64,000 nt of DNA from Escherichia coli (lineage in GTDB: Bacteria > Pseudomonadota > Gammaproteobacteria > Enterobacterales > Enterobacteriaceae). Below are positions 46,068 to 57,707 of the stretch, in pieces. The notes below the pieces were generated by a model. That model was given only the letters and a program-made list of their open reading frames with translations, had not been told where the DNA came from and did no database searches. The position numbers were made by a program, and so were the translations under genes. The stretch lies in the NCBI RefSeq assembly GCF_024223415.1, contig NZ_CP100500.1; one strand, 5' to 3'. The stretch's first letter is position 1; every line of letters begins with the position of its first letter.

Positions 46068-46377
46068 TCTTGCCCTGGTTCGTTGAGTTTTTCTGCATTG
46101 CCGGTAATTTTTGCATCTTCTTTGTCCGTGGCTTGTTTCAGCGTCTATAATGGGCGTTAATAAATTGGCAAGTCGGGAACTTGATGTTTTCTTAATGGTA
46201 TGTAGGCAGAAGAATATGTTCTGCAAGTTGACGATTTGTTGGTGCTTTATTTAAAAGGGTGTAGTGCAAATATCTACAATTTCAAGTAGGCATTATTGTC
46301 GTAAAAACGCATCACCGGACATACGACATTCACAATGTGTGTTAATTTTACTGACATCTTTCAAAAGGAGCACAATC

Positions 46378-46605
46378 ATGCCGCACATCGACATTAAATG
46401 TTTTCCGCGTGAACTGGACGAACAACAAAAAGCAGCACTTGCTACAGATATTACCGACGTTATTATTCGCCATCTGAACAGTAAAGACAGTTCGATAAGC
46501 ATTGCTCTACAGCAGATTCAACCAGAATCTTGGCAAGCTATCTGGGATGCCGAAATCGCGCCCCAAATGGAGGCTTTGATAAAGAAACCCGGTTACAGCA
46601 TGTAA
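46378..46605 (+). CDS. pptA: 4-oxalocrotonate tautomerase-family protein
   Basis: Met 46378 then Pro-1 ([22 protein letters not shown]...), 75 aa. Confidence 0.85.
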   Translation: MPHIDIKCFPRELDEQQKAALATDITDVIIRHLNSKDSSISIALQQIQPESWQAIWDAEIAPQMEALIKKPGYSM

Positions 46606-46608
46606 TGC

Positions 46609-47178
46609 TTAACCCGCCGTAACTCGCTTGCCGCTGGTAACAAACGTGCCAGCACCTAAATGATGCAACGTATTGAGCTTATCATCATCAAACTGCCAGC
46701 GGCCTTCGACAAATACCCGTGCGTCTGCCGCTGCTGATACCACCTCGCCAAACAGCGTGTCGTATTTTTGTTGCGCAGAAGTCGCAGGTAGCAGGCGGCA
46801 CTCCATCCACGCCAGGCATTTCTCTTCAACAAGTGGCAAACCAAGCACCGGACCTTTCATCACCGGAATGCCGTAGCAATTAAATTTATCTTCTTCACGC
46901 CCAGATACACTTCCCACTGCCCACGTCCAGTTAGTTGCTGCAACGCCCGGGATAACGATGCCAAATTTACCGTTACGTTCAATCAACTCCCTGGTCCATG
47001 TCGATTTATCTACCACAATCGCCACGCGTGGAGGTTCAAACTCCACCGGCATTGACCAGGCTGCTGCCATAATGTTACGCCGCTGGGATTGCTCATCGAA
47101 ACTGGTGATCAAGACAGTTGGGCCATGATTTAACAGACGGCTGGCATGGTGTAATTCTATGGGGATGAATCGGCTCAT
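46609..47178 (-). CDS. yddH: flavin reductase-like domain protein
   Basis: Met 47178 gives 189 aa; convergent with pptA, 3 bp apart. Confidence 0.85.
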   Translation of the reverse strand: MSRFIPIELHHASRLLNHGPTVLITSFDEQSQRRNIMAAAWSMPVEFEPPRVAIVVDKSTWTRELIERNGKFGIVIPGVAATNWTWAVGSVSGREEDKFNCYGIPVMKGPVLGLPLVEEKCLAWMECRLLPATSAQQKYDTLFGEVVSAAADARVFVEGRWQFDDDKLNTLHHLGAGTFVTSGKRVTAG

Positions 47179-47350
47179 GGTATCGCCTCGCGAAGAAGGT
47201 TTTTTTAAGCGTAGTCCGTAACGCAATAAGTAACGAAATTAACGGGATTGGCGATTTGCGAACGTGATGCATGTCCGCGATCGCACAAAATAGCCGGTGC
47301 GGCGTCTATTCCAGGTTATAAGTTGAGAAAACCACTAAGGGAAACGCCTG

Positions 47351-48196
47351 ATGACGCCCATTCTGAATCACTATTTTGCCCGTATTAACTGGTCGGGAGC
47401 TGCTGCGGTCAATATTGATACGCTTCGTGCATTGCACCTGAAACACAATTGCACCATTCCGTTTGAAAACCTCGACGTTTTGCTGCCGAGGGAAATACAG
47501 CTTGATGATCAATCTCTGGAAGAGAAATTGGTGTTCGCCCGGCGTGGCGGTTACTGCTTTGAACAGAATGGTGTGTTTGAGCGGGTATTACGCGAGCTGG
47601 GTTTTCAAGTACGCAGTCTGTTAGGTCGCGTAGTGTTATCTAATCCGCCAGCATTACCGCCGCGTACACATCGTTTGCTGTTGGTGGAGCTGGAAGGAGA
47701 AAAATGGATTGCTGATGTCGGTTTCGGTGGAAAGACATTGACTGCGCCGATTCGTTTAGTGGCGGATATCGCACAAATAACGCCACATGGCGAATATCGG
47801 CTTTTACAGGAAGGGGATGACTGGATTTTGCAGTTTAATCATCATCAGCACTGGCAGTCGATGTACCTTTTTGATCTCTGCGAGCAACAACAAAGCGATT
47901 ATGTGATGGGTAATTTCTGGTCGGCGCACTGGCCGCAATCGCATTTTCGCCATCATTTGCTGATGTGCCGCCATTTGCCGGACGGTGGCAAGATAACGCT
48001 GACCAATTTTCATTTCACCCATTATGAAAATGGGCACGCGGTGGAGCAGCGAAATCTACCTGATGTGGCGTCGTTATATGCTGTGATGCAGGAACAGTTT
48101 GGTCTGGGCGTAGATGACGCAAAGCATGGCTTTACCGTGGATGAACTGGCGTTGGTGATAGCGGCGTTTGATACGCACCCGGAGGCGGGAAAATAA
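47351..48196 (+). CDS. nhoA: arylamine N-acetyltransferase
   Basis: 281-aa ORF; catalytic Cys in RGGYCFEQN motif. Confidence 0.95.
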   Translation: MTPILNHYFARINWSGAAAVNIDTLRALHLKHNCTIPFENLDVLLPREIQLDDQSLEEKLVFARRGGYCFEQNGVFERVLRELGFQVRSLLGRVVLSNPPALPPRTHRLLLVELEGEKWIADVGFGGKTLTAPIRLVADIAQITPHGEYRLLQEGDDWILQFNHHQHWQSMYLFDLCEQQQSDYVMGNFWSAHWPQSHFRHHLLMCRHLPDGGKITLTNFHFTHYENGHAVEQRNLPDVASLYAVMQEQFGLGVDDAKHGFTVDELALVIAAFDTHPEAGK

Positions 48197-48204
48197 TATA
48201 TGTC

Positions 48205-48288
48205 AGGTTGCCGGATGCGGCGTAAACGCCTTATCCGGCATACATTAGCTCGGTTGTAGACCTGATAAGCGAAGCGCATCAGGCAACG
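48205..48288. repeat. pair of REP elements
   Basis: GCCGGATGCGGCGTAAACGCCTTATCCGGCATACA and GTAGACCTGATAAGCGAAGCGCATCAGGCA, classic REP sequences between nhoA and yddE. Confidence 0.8.
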
Positions 48289-48291
48289 GTT

Positions 48292-49185
48292 TCAGAGTTT
48301 AATTGCCCATTCGGCATGAAACAAAATCACCGCCGCGCCAGAAATGGTGACTTTTTCCGGTTGGTTATCACGAATTGTCACCGTCACTTCAATCATACCG
48401 TCACGCCCCAATGCGCGCCCCTGATGGCCTTTAACACGCAACACGTTGCCATCGTGGGGCAATACGTTGTGATGTACCAACCATGCACCCATCGGGCCAT
48501 TGGCATTGCCAGTCACCGGATCTTCCACAATACCAATCGCAGGCGAGAACATGCGACCATCGGTTTCGTTTTTGCCTGGGCGGATCTGGAACGGGAAGAA
48601 ACCATTGCAGCCAATCTGTTTGCTGATAGCGGTCAGCGCATTAAGGTCAGGCGAAAGGGCGTCGATATCCACTTCCGGTTTCAGTGGGATCATCACTTTT
48701 GAGTGTCCTGTGGTTGCCACCTGAATTGGCAAGCCTGGCAGAATATCGTCTTCAGTGAGATGAAGCGCGTTGATGATCGCCGCACGTGTTTTACCTTCCA
48801 GCGGTGGCTCAAAGCCCGGCGTACCTTGTTCCAGCGAAATACGATAATCATCGTTGTGCTTTTCGATAGTCACGCGATGTTTTCCTGCCAGTGACGTTTG
48901 CCAGATCGTGCAATTTCCTAAACCTAACGCCTTCGCACGTACATAGTGCGCAGCTACTGTCGCGTGACCGCAAATAGGCACTTCAACTGTTGGCGTAAAG
49001 TAGCGGATGCGCACATCGCTGTCGTCGCTGTGCAGCAGAAAAGCGGTTTCCGAATGACCTAATTCGCGGGCGATAAGCTGCATTTGCGCTTCGCTAAGAT
49101 TATCGGCGGGGAAAACAACACCGGCAGAATTGCCGCGAAATGGTTGAGAGGTAAAAGCATCGACGTGGTAAACCTGCGGTTTCAT
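48292..49185 (-). CDS. yddE: PhzF-family isomerase-like protein
   Basis: 297-aa minus ORF, PhzF/DAP-epimerase-like fold. Confidence 0.9.
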   Translation of the reverse strand: MKPQVYHVDAFTSQPFRGNSAGVVFPADNLSEAQMQLIARELGHSETAFLLHSDDSDVRIRYFTPTVEVPICGHATVAAHYVRAKALGLGNCTIWQTSLAGKHRVTIEKHNDDYRISLEQGTPGFEPPLEGKTRAAIINALHLTEDDILPGLPIQVATTGHSKVMIPLKPEVDIDALSPDLNALTAISKQIGCNGFFPFQIRPGKNETDGRMFSPAIGIVEDPVTGNANGPMGAWLVHHNVLPHDGNVLRVKGHQGRALGRDGMIEVTVTIRDNQPEKVTISGAAVILFHAEWAIKL

Positions 49186-49263
49186 TAACGTTCTCCTGTG
49201 ACTGGAGAACTATCATAGCCTGCAAGTGGCCGGAGAGCGAAGGGCTATCCGGCCAGGGTGAAA

Positions 49264-49944
49264 TTATCGCCGCGAGCGCACAATCTGATACCGACGAGTA
49301 AAGTACTCAAACGGGGCGCTCCACACATGCACCAGTCGGGTGAACGGGAAGAGCACGAAGATGGTCATTCCCAACACCAGATGCAGGCGGAAGACGAACG
49401 CTACACCGTTAAGCATCTCTGACGATCCACCACGGAAAGTGACAATGCTTTGCGCCCAACCCACCAGCTTCATCATTTCGCTACCATCAGGATACTGTGC
49501 TGAAAACGGTATGGTGCTTAGCCCCAACAGACACTGGACCAGCAAAATGCTCATGATGATGATATCCGGCGTAGTGGAAGTGGCACGCACGCGCTGATTT
49601 GTCAGCCTGCGCCACAGCAGTCCTGCGCCACCAATCAACGTCAACACACCGCAAATGCCTCCGAGCACCATCGCCATTAGTTGTTTCGCTGCCACCGGCA
49701 AAAACCACGCGTACATCCAGTGCGGCGTTAACATGCCGAACAGGTGCCCGAAGAAAATCCCCAAAATGCCAATATGGAACAGATTCGACCATATCACCAT
49801 CCCGCGTTTATCGAGCATTTGACTTGAGGAGGCGCGCCAGGTGTACTGCCCGTAGTCGTAGCGCAGCCAGCTGCCGAGGAAAAACACCGTCGCACAAATG
49901 TACGGGTAGATATCGTAAAAAAAGACGTTCAGATACTGAATCAT
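49264..49944 (-). CDS. narV: nitrate reductase Z gamma (cytochrome b) subunit
   Basis: 226-aa membrane ORF; NarI family. Confidence 0.95.
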   Translation of the reverse strand: MIQYLNVFFYDIYPYICATVFFLGSWLRYDYGQYTWRASSSQMLDKRGMVIWSNLFHIGILGIFFGHLFGMLTPHWMYAWFLPVAAKQLMAMVLGGICGVLTLIGGAGLLWRRLTNQRVRATSTTPDIIIMSILLVQCLLGLSTIPFSAQYPDGSEMMKLVGWAQSIVTFRGGSSEMLNGVAFVFRLHLVLGMTIFVLFPFTRLVHVWSAPFEYFTRRYQIVRSRR

Positions 49945-50636
49945 TTCCCACCTCCCGCACTGATATCGACATATTGCGGCGCGACATCCTGGCTAAAGCG
50001 TCGCTGATATTGATTAAGCGGCGAGCTGTCACACGCCGTGGCGTTATCTTCAATAAACTTCACCTGTTCCTCTTCCCACACTGCATCCAGCGCCTGGCGG
50101 GTGTCATCGCGCTCTTCGCTGTTTACTTGTTTTGTGACACTGTCACTTGAAAGTGTACTTCCCGCCAGTTGCAGCAGAGCATCATACAACGCGTACCACG
50201 GTGCCTCGCGTTGTTTTAAGCGACCGCCAAGCAGGGCGAGGATCGGCGCAACATTGAGCAATCCTTCTTTCGCCTGATCGTCAGGCAGTACGCTTAAATA
50301 CTCCAGATACAGCGGTAGATAATCGGGCAGTTCCCGACAATCCAGCTGCAGGCCGACCTTTTCATACTCCGCCAGCAGGTCCACCATTGCCTGGCCGCGA
50401 TCGCGGGACTCGGCATGAACATGTTCGAACAGCAGCAGCGACGTAGTGCGCCCGCGGTCAAACACTTCGCACCATTCGGCCTGTTTATCCAGCAGCGGCG
50501 CGTTAAGCAGGTTGTGGGTGAAATCCGTAAGCATCGGCGCGTCGCGGCGGATCAACGCCAGCGCGTCCTCCTTGCATTCCCACAACAGCTCGTCCGGATA
50601 CTCCATCAACAGGCCGATCACTTTGAGGATCTGCAT
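49941..50636 (-). CDS. narW: nitrate reductase Z assembly chaperone (NarJ paralog)
   Basis: 231-aa ORF, overlaps narV start and narY stop. Confidence 0.95.
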   Translation of the reverse strand: MQILKVIGLLMEYPDELLWECKEDALALIRRDAPMLTDFTHNLLNAPLLDKQAEWCEVFDRGRTTSLLLFEHVHAESRDRGQAMVDLLAEYEKVGLQLDCRELPDYLPLYLEYLSVLPDDQAKEGLLNVAPILALLGGRLKQREAPWYALYDALLQLAGSTLSSDSVTKQVNSEERDDTRQALDAVWEEEQVKFIEDNATACDSSPLNQYQRRFSQDVAPQYVDISAGGGK

Positions 50637-52180
50637 TATTCGCCCTCCGCTTTGTCGCGCACTTCGGTGATGTTGATGGCATCGATACGGCTACTGTTGA
50701 ACAGGTTGAATTTACTGTCCGAACCGTGGCAACCGTCGCCAAAGGTAAAACCGCAGCCGTTGCGTTCTGCGAAGGCATCGCCCGCCATTTCCCGATGGCT
50801 GGTCGGGATAACAAAACGATCTTCATAGTTGGCAATGGCGAGATAGCGATACATTTCTTCGACCTGGGCGACGCTCAGGCCTACTTCGTCGATGGCACGA
50901 GTATCAGTAACGCCTTCCACGGTTTGTGAACGCATATAGTGGCGCATCGCCATCATCCGTTTCAGCGCCCGCAGTACCGGACCAGTATCACCGGCACTCA
51001 ACATATTGGCGAGATATTGCACTGGAATACGCAGGCTTTCGATGGCGGGGAGCACGCCTTCGCTTTTCGGCAAACCGCCCGCATCAGCGTAAGACTGAAT
51101 CGGTGACAGCGGAGGAACGTACCAGACCATCGGCAGGGTGCGGTATTCAGGGTGCAACGGTAGCGCCAGTTTCCAGTCCATCGCCATTTTGTAGACAGGC
51201 GAACGCTGGGCAGCGTCAATCACATTTTGTGGAATACCTTGTTTCAGGGCTTCCTCGATCACTGAGGGATCGTGCGGATCGAGGAACACTTCGCACTGGC
51301 GTTCATAGAGGTCAACCTCGCGCTCGGTGCTTGCCGCTTCCTCAATGCGGTCGGCGTCGTAAAGCAGCACGCCCAGATACCGGATGCGACCCACGCAGGT
51401 TTCTGAGCAAACGGTCGGTTGACCGGACTCAATTCGTGGGTAACAGAAGATACATTTTTCTGACTTGCCGCTTTTCCAGTTGAAGTAGATTTTTTTGTAC
51501 GGACAACCGCTAATGCACAAACGCCAGCCACGGCATTTATCCTGATCAATCAGCACAATGCCGTCTTCTTCGCGTTTGTAGATAGCGCCGCTTGGGCAGG
51601 TCGCCACGCAGCTGGGATTGAGGCAGTGTTCGCACAGGCGCGGCAGGTACATCATGAAGGTGTTTTCAAACTGCCCGTACATCTCCTTTTGCATGGCCTC
51701 GAAGTTGCGGTCGCGGGCACGTTTTTCAAACTCGCCGCCCAGCAGTTCTTCCCAGTTTGGCCCCCAGATCACTTTGTCCATCCGCTTACCGTCAATCAGC
51801 GAACGCGGGCGAGCAGTAGGGATATGTTTGCCTTCCGGTGCGCTATGCAAATGTTCGTAGTCGAAGGTGAAAGGTTCGTAGTAATCATCAATCTGCGGCA
51901 CCACCGGGTTGGCGAAGATTTTGGTTATTACGCCCATCTTACTGCCCAGACGCGGGCGTATCTTGCCATTCACATCGCGGACCCAGCCGCCTTGCCACTC
52001 TTCCTGATCTTCCCAGTTTTTCGGATAACCAATGCCCGGTTTGGTTTCGACGTTGTTAAACCATGCGTACTCCATGCCTTCGCGTCCGGTCCAGACGTTT
52101 TTACAGGTCACCGAACAGGTATGGCAGCCGATACATTTATCGAGATTAAGCACCATGCCGACTTGCGAACGGATTATCAT
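50636..52180 (-). CDS. narY: nitrate reductase Z beta (Fe-S) subunit
   Basis: 514-aa ORF with multiple Cys clusters (CIGCHTCSVTC, CEHCLNPSCVATCP). Confidence 0.95.
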   Translation of the reverse strand: MIIRSQVGMVLNLDKCIGCHTCSVTCKNVWTGREGMEYAWFNNVETKPGIGYPKNWEDQEEWQGGWVRDVNGKIRPRLGSKMGVITKIFANPVVPQIDDYYEPFTFDYEHLHSAPEGKHIPTARPRSLIDGKRMDKVIWGPNWEELLGGEFEKRARDRNFEAMQKEMYGQFENTFMMYLPRLCEHCLNPSCVATCPSGAIYKREEDGIVLIDQDKCRGWRLCISGCPYKKIYFNWKSGKSEKCIFCYPRIESGQPTVCSETCVGRIRYLGVLLYDADRIEEAASTEREVDLYERQCEVFLDPHDPSVIEEALKQGIPQNVIDAAQRSPVYKMAMDWKLALPLHPEYRTLPMVWYVPPLSPIQSYADAGGLPKSEGVLPAIESLRIPVQYLANMLSAGDTGPVLRALKRMMAMRHYMRSQTVEGVTDTRAIDEVGLSVAQVEEMYRYLAIANYEDRFVIPTSHREMAGDAFAERNGCGFTFGDGCHGSDSKFNLFNSSRIDAINITEVRDKAEGE

Positions 52181-55100
52181 TTTTTCGCCTCCTGTACCTG
52201 ATCGCGACCTTCATCATCCAGCCAGTTAACGTTCTTCATCTTGCGGATCATGATGAATTCGTCGCGGTTCGAACCGACGGTGCCGTAGTAGTTAAAGCCC
52301 CAGGCCAGCTGTGCGTAACCGCCAATCATATGCGTTGGTTTCGGACAAACGCGGGTGACCGAGTTATGAATACCGCCGCGCATGCCAGTTACTTCCGAAC
52401 CAGGAATATTCATAATGCGTTCCTGGGCGTGATACATCATGGTCATGCCCGGCGGTACACGTTGGCTGACCACCGCGCGGGCAGTCAGCGCGCCGTTGGC
52501 GTTAAATACTTCCACCCAGTCGTTATCGACAATGGTCAGTTCTCGGGCATCGGTTTCGCTGATCCAGACAATCGGTCCACCGCGAGAGAGCGTCAGCATT
52601 AGCAGGTTTTCACTGTAGGTTGAGTGAATGCCCCATTTCTGGTGCGGCGTCAGGAAGTTAAGTGCTTTTTCCGGGAAGCCGTTTGGCGGGATCTGGCGCA
52701 TCTCACTGACGCTACGGGTGTCGATAGGCGGGCGATAAGCCACCAGGCTTTCACCAAAAGCACGCATCCACGGATGATCCTGATAGAGCTGCTGGCGTCC
52801 CGACAGCGTGCGCCACGGAATTAACTCATGAACGTTGGTGTATCCCGCATTATAGGAGACGTGATCGCTTTCCAGACCAGACCATGTGGGGCTGGAGATA
52901 ATTTTACGCGGCTGCGCCTGAATATCGCGAAAGCGAATCTTCTCGTCCTCTTTGTGCAGCGCCAGATGGGTATGTTCGCGTCCGGTGATCTCGCCCAGCG
53001 CCTGCCACGCTTTAACTGCAACATGACCGTTGGTTTCTGGTGCCAGTGCCAGAATCACTTCTGAAGCGTCAATGGCGGTGTCAATCAGCGGACGTCCCTG
53101 TGCCGGGCCATCACGCTTGGTGTAATTGAGTTTACCGAGGAAATCGATTTCATCCTGCGTATTCCACGAAATCCCTTTACCGCCGTTGCCAAGTTTGTCC
53201 ATCAATGGCCCGAGCGAGGTAAAGCGTTCATACGTAGCAGGGTAGTCGCGCTCCACCGCCACAATATTCGGCGCGGTTTTACCTGGAATCAGATCGCATT
53301 CGCCTTTGCGCCAGTCGAGCACTTCACACGGCTGTGAGAGCTCTGCCGGAGAGTCGTGCAGCAGTGGTTGCAATACCACGTCGGTTTCTTTGCCAAGATG
53401 ACCCACACACACTTGCGAAAATGCTTTGGCAATACCTTTGTAGATTTCCCAGTCGCTGCGTGATTCCCAGGCCGGATCGACCGCCGCAGATAGCGGATGA
53501 ATAAACGGATGCATATCCGAGGTGTTCATATCGTCTTTTTCATACCAGGTGGCGGTGGGCAGAACGATATCGGAGAACAGGCAGGTACTGGACATGCGGA
53601 AGTCGAGCGTCACCAGCAGGTCGAGCTTGCCTTCAATCGCCGCAGTTTGCCACTCGACTTCTTCCGGTTTGATCCCGTCGCTGGCACCGAGTTCCTCGCC
53701 CTGAATCCCGCTTTCGGTCCCCAGCAGATACTTCTGCATATACTCGTGGCCTTTGCCGGAGGAACCAAGCAGGTTAGAACGCCAGACAAACAAATTACGC
53801 GGATGATTGCTGCCGCTATCTGGTTGTTCGCAGGCCATACGTAAATCGCCCGATTTCAGCGCCTGGGCGGTAAATTCTGTGGGGGATAATCCGGCCTTGT
53901 CGGCTTCAGCTTTAATCCCGAGCGGGTTACGCCCCAGCTGCGGCGCAGAAGGTAGCCAGCCCATACGTTCGGCGCGAACGTTGAAATCAATCAGATGACC
54001 GCTGTACTTACTGGCATCGGCGAGCGGTGAAAGTAACTCCTGCGCAGAGACTTTTTCATAGCGCCATTGGCTGGAATGATTGTAGAAAAACGAGGTACTG
54101 TTCATCTGGCGCGGTGGGCGGTTCCAGTCGAGCGCAAAGGCCAGCGGCAACCAGCCGGTTTGTGGGCGCAGTTTTTCCTGACCGACATAGTGCGCCCAGC
54201 CGCCGCCGCTTTGCCCGACACAACCGCAGAAGATCAGCATATTGATCATCCCACGGTAGTTCATATCCATGTGATACCAGTGGTTGACGCCAGCACCGAG
54301 GATAATCATTGAGCGCCCATGCGTTTTATGGGCGGTATCGGCAAATTCGCGGGCGATGGTTTCAATATACTGGCGCGGCACGCCGGTAATTTGCTCACCC
54401 CAGGCTGGGGTGTACGGTTTGATTTCAGCGTAATCTTTCGCGCTGTTTTCATCTTCCAGCCCGCGATCGAGGCCGTAATTCGCCAGTACCAAATCATAAA
54501 CGCTGACCACTGGACAGGTGCTGCCATCGGCTAATGTCAGGTTTTTAACGGGTAATTGGCGCACCAGCACCGGATTGTGTTTTACGCTGCGAAAATGCGG
54601 ATTTTCGATGCCGCCAAAGTAGGGGAAGGCCACGCCTGCAACAGCGTCATGTTGACCGAGCAGGGTTAACGACAATTCGGTTTCCTTACCGGCGGCAATG
54701 GATTCCAGATTCCATTTGCCTTTTTCTCCCCAGCGGAAACCAATCGAACCGTTCGGCACTACCAATTCACCTGCGGTATTAACCGCCACGGTTTTCCACT
54801 GCGGATTATTGCTTTCGCCCAGTCCATCTACCAGGTCAGACGCGCGGATCATGCGCCCGGGTACGTAGCTACCATCGTCGCGAGGTTCCAGCATTACCAG
54901 CATCGGCATGTCGCTATAGCGGCGGCAGTAGTTGATAAAGTAGTCGCTGGGATTATCGAGATGAAACTCTTTTAAAATCACATGGCCCATTGCCATCGCC
55001 AGGGCGCTATCCGTGCCTTGTTTTGGTGCCAGCCACTGGTCGCACAATTTGGCCACTTCAGAGTAGTCAGGGGTAATGGCGATGGTTTTAGTGCCTTTGT

Positions 55101-55917
55101 AGCGTACTTCGGTAAAGAAATGGGCGTCCGGCGTACGTGTCTGCGGTACGTTAGACCCCCAGGCGATGATGTAACTGGAGTTATACCAGTCGGCAGATTC
55201 CGGTACGTCGGTTTGCTCGCCCCAGGTCATCGGCGAGGCGGGCGGCAGGTCGCAATACCAGTCGTAGAAGCTTAAACAGGTGCCACCTAATAGTGACAGA
55301 TAACGTGTTCCGGCGGCGTAAGAAACCATCGACATCGCCGGGATCGGCGAGAAACCGGCAACGCGATCCGGGCCGTAGGTTTTGATGGTCCAGACGTTAG
55401 CGGCGGCAATCAGCTGGTTTAGTTCCTGCCAGTTGGAGCGGATAAACCCGCCGCGCCCACGCACTTGTTTGTAGCTCAGGCACTTTTGCGGATCGTTCAT
55501 AATCGATGCCCACGCCAGTACCGGATCGCTGTGTTGTTTGAGGGCTTCGCGCCACAGTTCAATCAGTCGTTTACGAATGAGCGGGTATTTCAGGCGGTTA
55601 GCGCTGTAAAGATACCAGGAGTAACTTGCGCCACGCGGGCAGCCGCGAGGTTCATGATTGGGCAGGTCAGGGCGAGTGCGCGGGTAGTCGGTCTGTTGGA
55701 TTTCCCAGGTCACCAGACCATTTTTAACGTAGATTTTCCAGCTACAGGAGCCTGTACAGTTAACACCGTGGGTGGAACGCACGATTTTGTCGAACTGCCA
55801 ACGCTGGCGATAGCTGTCCTCCCAGTCGCGGTTGCTATGCATCACCTGTCCGTGACCATCGGCAAAGGTATCGCCCTTTTGTTTGAAGTAGCGAAAGCGA
55901 TCCAAAAGTTTACTCAT
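52177..55917 (-). CDS. narZ: nitrate reductase Z alpha (molybdopterin) subunit
   Basis: Minus ORF 52177-55974; Met at 55917 gives 1246 aa (MSKLLDRFRYFKQKGDTFADGHGQ...). Confidence 0.95.
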   Translation of the reverse strand: MSKLLDRFRYFKQKGDTFADGHGQVMHSNRDWEDSYRQRWQFDKIVRSTHGVNCTGSCSWKIYVKNGLVTWEIQQTDYPRTRPDLPNHEPRGCPRGASYSWYLYSANRLKYPLIRKRLIELWREALKQHSDPVLAWASIMNDPQKCLSYKQVRGRGGFIRSNWQELNQLIAAANVWTIKTYGPDRVAGFSPIPAMSMVSYAAGTRYLSLLGGTCLSFYDWYCDLPPASPMTWGEQTDVPESADWYNSSYIIAWGSNVPQTRTPDAHFFTEVRYKGTKTIAITPDYSEVAKLCDQWLAPKQGTDSALAMAMGHVILKEFHLDNPSDYFINYCRRYSDMPMLVMLEPRDDGSYVPGRMIRASDLVDGLGESNNPQWKTVAVNTAGELVVPNGSIGFRWGEKGKWNLESIAAGKETELSLTLLGQHDAVAGVAFPYFGGIENPHFRSVKHNPVLVRQLPVKNLTLADGSTCPVVSVYDLVLANYGLDRGLEDENSAKDYAEIKPYTPAWGEQITGVPRQYIETIAREFADTAHKTHGRSMIILGAGVNHWYHMDMNYRGMINMLIFCGCVGQSGGGWAHYVGQEKLRPQTGWLPLAFALDWNRPPRQMNSTSFFYNHSSQWRYEKVSAQELLSPLADASKYSGHLIDFNVRAERMGWLPSAPQLGRNPLGIKAEADKAGLSPTEFTAQALKSGDLRMACEQPDSGSNHPRNLFVWRSNLLGSSGKGHEYMQKYLLGTESGIQGEELGASDGIKPEEVEWQTAAIEGKLDLLVTLDFRMSSTCLFSDIVLPTATWYEKDDMNTSDMHPFIHPLSAAVDPAWESRSDWEIYKGIAKAFSQVCVGHLGKETDVVLQPLLHDSPAELSQPCEVLDWRKGECDLIPGKTAPNIVAVERDYPATYERFTSLGPLMDKLGNGGKGISWNTQDEIDFLGKLNYTKRDGPAQGRPLIDTAIDASEVILALAPETNGHVAVKAWQALGEITGREHTHLALHKEDEKIRFRDIQAQPRKIISSPTWSGLESDHVSYNAGYTNVHELIPWRTLSGRQQLYQDHPWMRAFGESLVAYRPPIDTRSVSEMRQIPPNGFPEKALNFLTPHQKWGIHSTYSENLLMLTLSRGGPIVWISETDARELTIVDNDWVEVFNANGALTARAVVSQRVPPGMTMMYHAQERIMNIPGSEVTGMRGGIHNSVTRVCPKPTHMIGGYAQLAWGFNYYGTVGSNRDEFIMIRKMKNVNWLDDEGRDQVQEAKK

Positions 55918-55998
55918 GACATGACTCCTGCTCCAGGAATGAATTGGGATCTGATGCCTTGTCGGATGCGACACGGTTGTACATCAGGCATCGATCTC

Positions 55999-57387
55999 TT
56001 ATTTTTGGCTGAACTTCCGCCGACCATAAACCAGCCAGGTCAGTAGCACACAAACGATGTAGAAGATTAAAAACACTTTCATCGCGCCCACTGGAGAGCC
56101 GGTCATATTGAGCGACATGCCAAACGCCTGCGGAATAAAAAAGCCGCCCACTGCGCCAATGGCTGAGATAAAGCCCAGAGCCGCCGCCGTTTCGGTGACG
56201 GCTTCTCTCTGAGCTTGCTCATCACTACCGCCTTTCATCTTCACCCGATAAATGGTTATCTGGCGAAAGATGACGGCGATCATCTGGAAAGTAGAACCAC
56301 TTCCCAGACCCGCGGTCAGAAACAGCCCCATAAATACGGCGTAAAAGGCGATGAAATTACCGGAGCCTGTGCCCGGTAAGGTAAGGAACAGCAGGGCGCT
56401 GAAAATCGCCATAAAAATAAAGTTGATCAACGTCACCCGCACGCCGCCGAATTTATCGGAAATAGCACCACCAACCGACCGCGCGATGGCACCGATAAAT
56501 GGGCCAAAGAACGCCAGGCGCAGAATATTCACATCCGGGAACTGGGTTTTTGCCAGCATGGCAAAACCCGCAGAAAAACCGATAAACGAACCGAAGGTGG
56601 CAAGGTAAAGCAGGCTCAGCAGCCAGAGATGCAGGCGTTGTAAGACAGGGAGCTGGTCGGCAATTGACGCGCGTGAACTGGCGATATCATTCATCCCTGA
56701 CCAGGCGGCGATCGTGGCAATCGCCAGTAGCGGTACCCAAATCCATGCGGCATTCGCCAGCGACATCACCGAACCGTCGGCCTGCGGGACGCCATTGACG
56801 CCGAGAAAGGCAAATACGGGCACAAAAATGACCAGCGGTGCAACCAGCTGCATCACACTTACACCTAAGTTTCCTAATCCGCCATTAATCCCAAGAGCGC
56901 TCCCTTGCCTGGCTTTTGGAAAGAAGAAACTGATATTGCCCATGCTCGAAGCAAAGTTCGCACCTGCAAAACCGCATAGCAAAGCGATAACGATAAAGAT
57001 CCCAAAAGGAGTATTCGGATTCTGCACGGCAATTCCAAGCCAGACGCAAGGAATAATCAGGATTGCAGTACTAAAAACCGTCCATCGGCGTCCACCGAAT
57101 ATAGGTACCATAAAGGAGTAGGGAACACGCAATAATGCGCCAGAAACGGAGGGTAATGCGGTTAATAAAAAGAGTTGATCGGTAGTAAAATTAAAACCGG
57201 TTTTATTGAGATTAACGGTAACTGCGCTAAATAGCATCCAGACACAGAAGGCAAGAAGTAGACAACTGACTGATATCCAGAGGTTTCTTCGAGCAATATG
57301 TTTTCCTTTATTTTCCCAGAAGGCCGGATTTTCTGGTTTCCAGTCGCGTAAAAGATAACGACTATTTTTCTCATTTTGCAGTGCCAT
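55999..57387 (-). CDS. narU: nitrate/nitrite transporter (MFS)
   Basis: Met at 57387 gives 462 aa (MALQNEKNSRYLLRDW...), 12-TM MFS. Confidence 0.95.
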   Translation of the reverse strand: MALQNEKNSRYLLRDWKPENPAFWENKGKHIARRNLWISVSCLLLAFCVWMLFSAVTVNLNKTGFNFTTDQLFLLTALPSVSGALLRVPYSFMVPIFGGRRWTVFSTAILIIPCVWLGIAVQNPNTPFGIFIVIALLCGFAGANFASSMGNISFFFPKARQGSALGINGGLGNLGVSVMQLVAPLVIFVPVFAFLGVNGVPQADGSVMSLANAAWIWVPLLAIATIAAWSGMNDIASSRASIADQLPVLQRLHLWLLSLLYLATFGSFIGFSAGFAMLAKTQFPDVNILRLAFFGPFIGAIARSVGGAISDKFGGVRVTLINFIFMAIFSALLFLTLPGTGSGNFIAFYAVFMGLFLTAGLGSGSTFQMIAVIFRQITIYRVKMKGGSDEQAQREAVTETAAALGFISAIGAVGGFFIPQAFGMSLNMTGSPVGAMKVFLIFYIVCVLLTWLVYGRRKFSQK

Positions 57388-57707
57388 ATTGTTCCTCACA
57401 TGCACACATTGGTAATGAAAAAAGACAAAACAGGAGGTAAGGCGCAATAGTCAGTTATTAGAATTAAGGATGAATTGGGTGAAGTGCTGATTGAAAGAAT
57501 AGATAAGAAAGCGTAACCGCGGGGGCAGAATGGGGATTAGGTAGCCAGATATGTGTTACTAAATGTAACTGACAAGCTAACCATTAAACGGGGGGGTAAT
57601 CTTTGAACGCATGTCATGATTCACCCTTCAGATGATGAATCCAAAGGGTTGTATATTAACTATATTCTTAACAAGACCAGACACTTATAGAATTAGCAAT
57701 AATTTAT

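Noticed and set aside
52330-55275. Plus-strand ORFs of 60-115 aa inside narZ and antisense ORFs inside narY, narU and yncD
   Set aside because: Embedded entirely within well-supported genes on the other strand with no independent signal.
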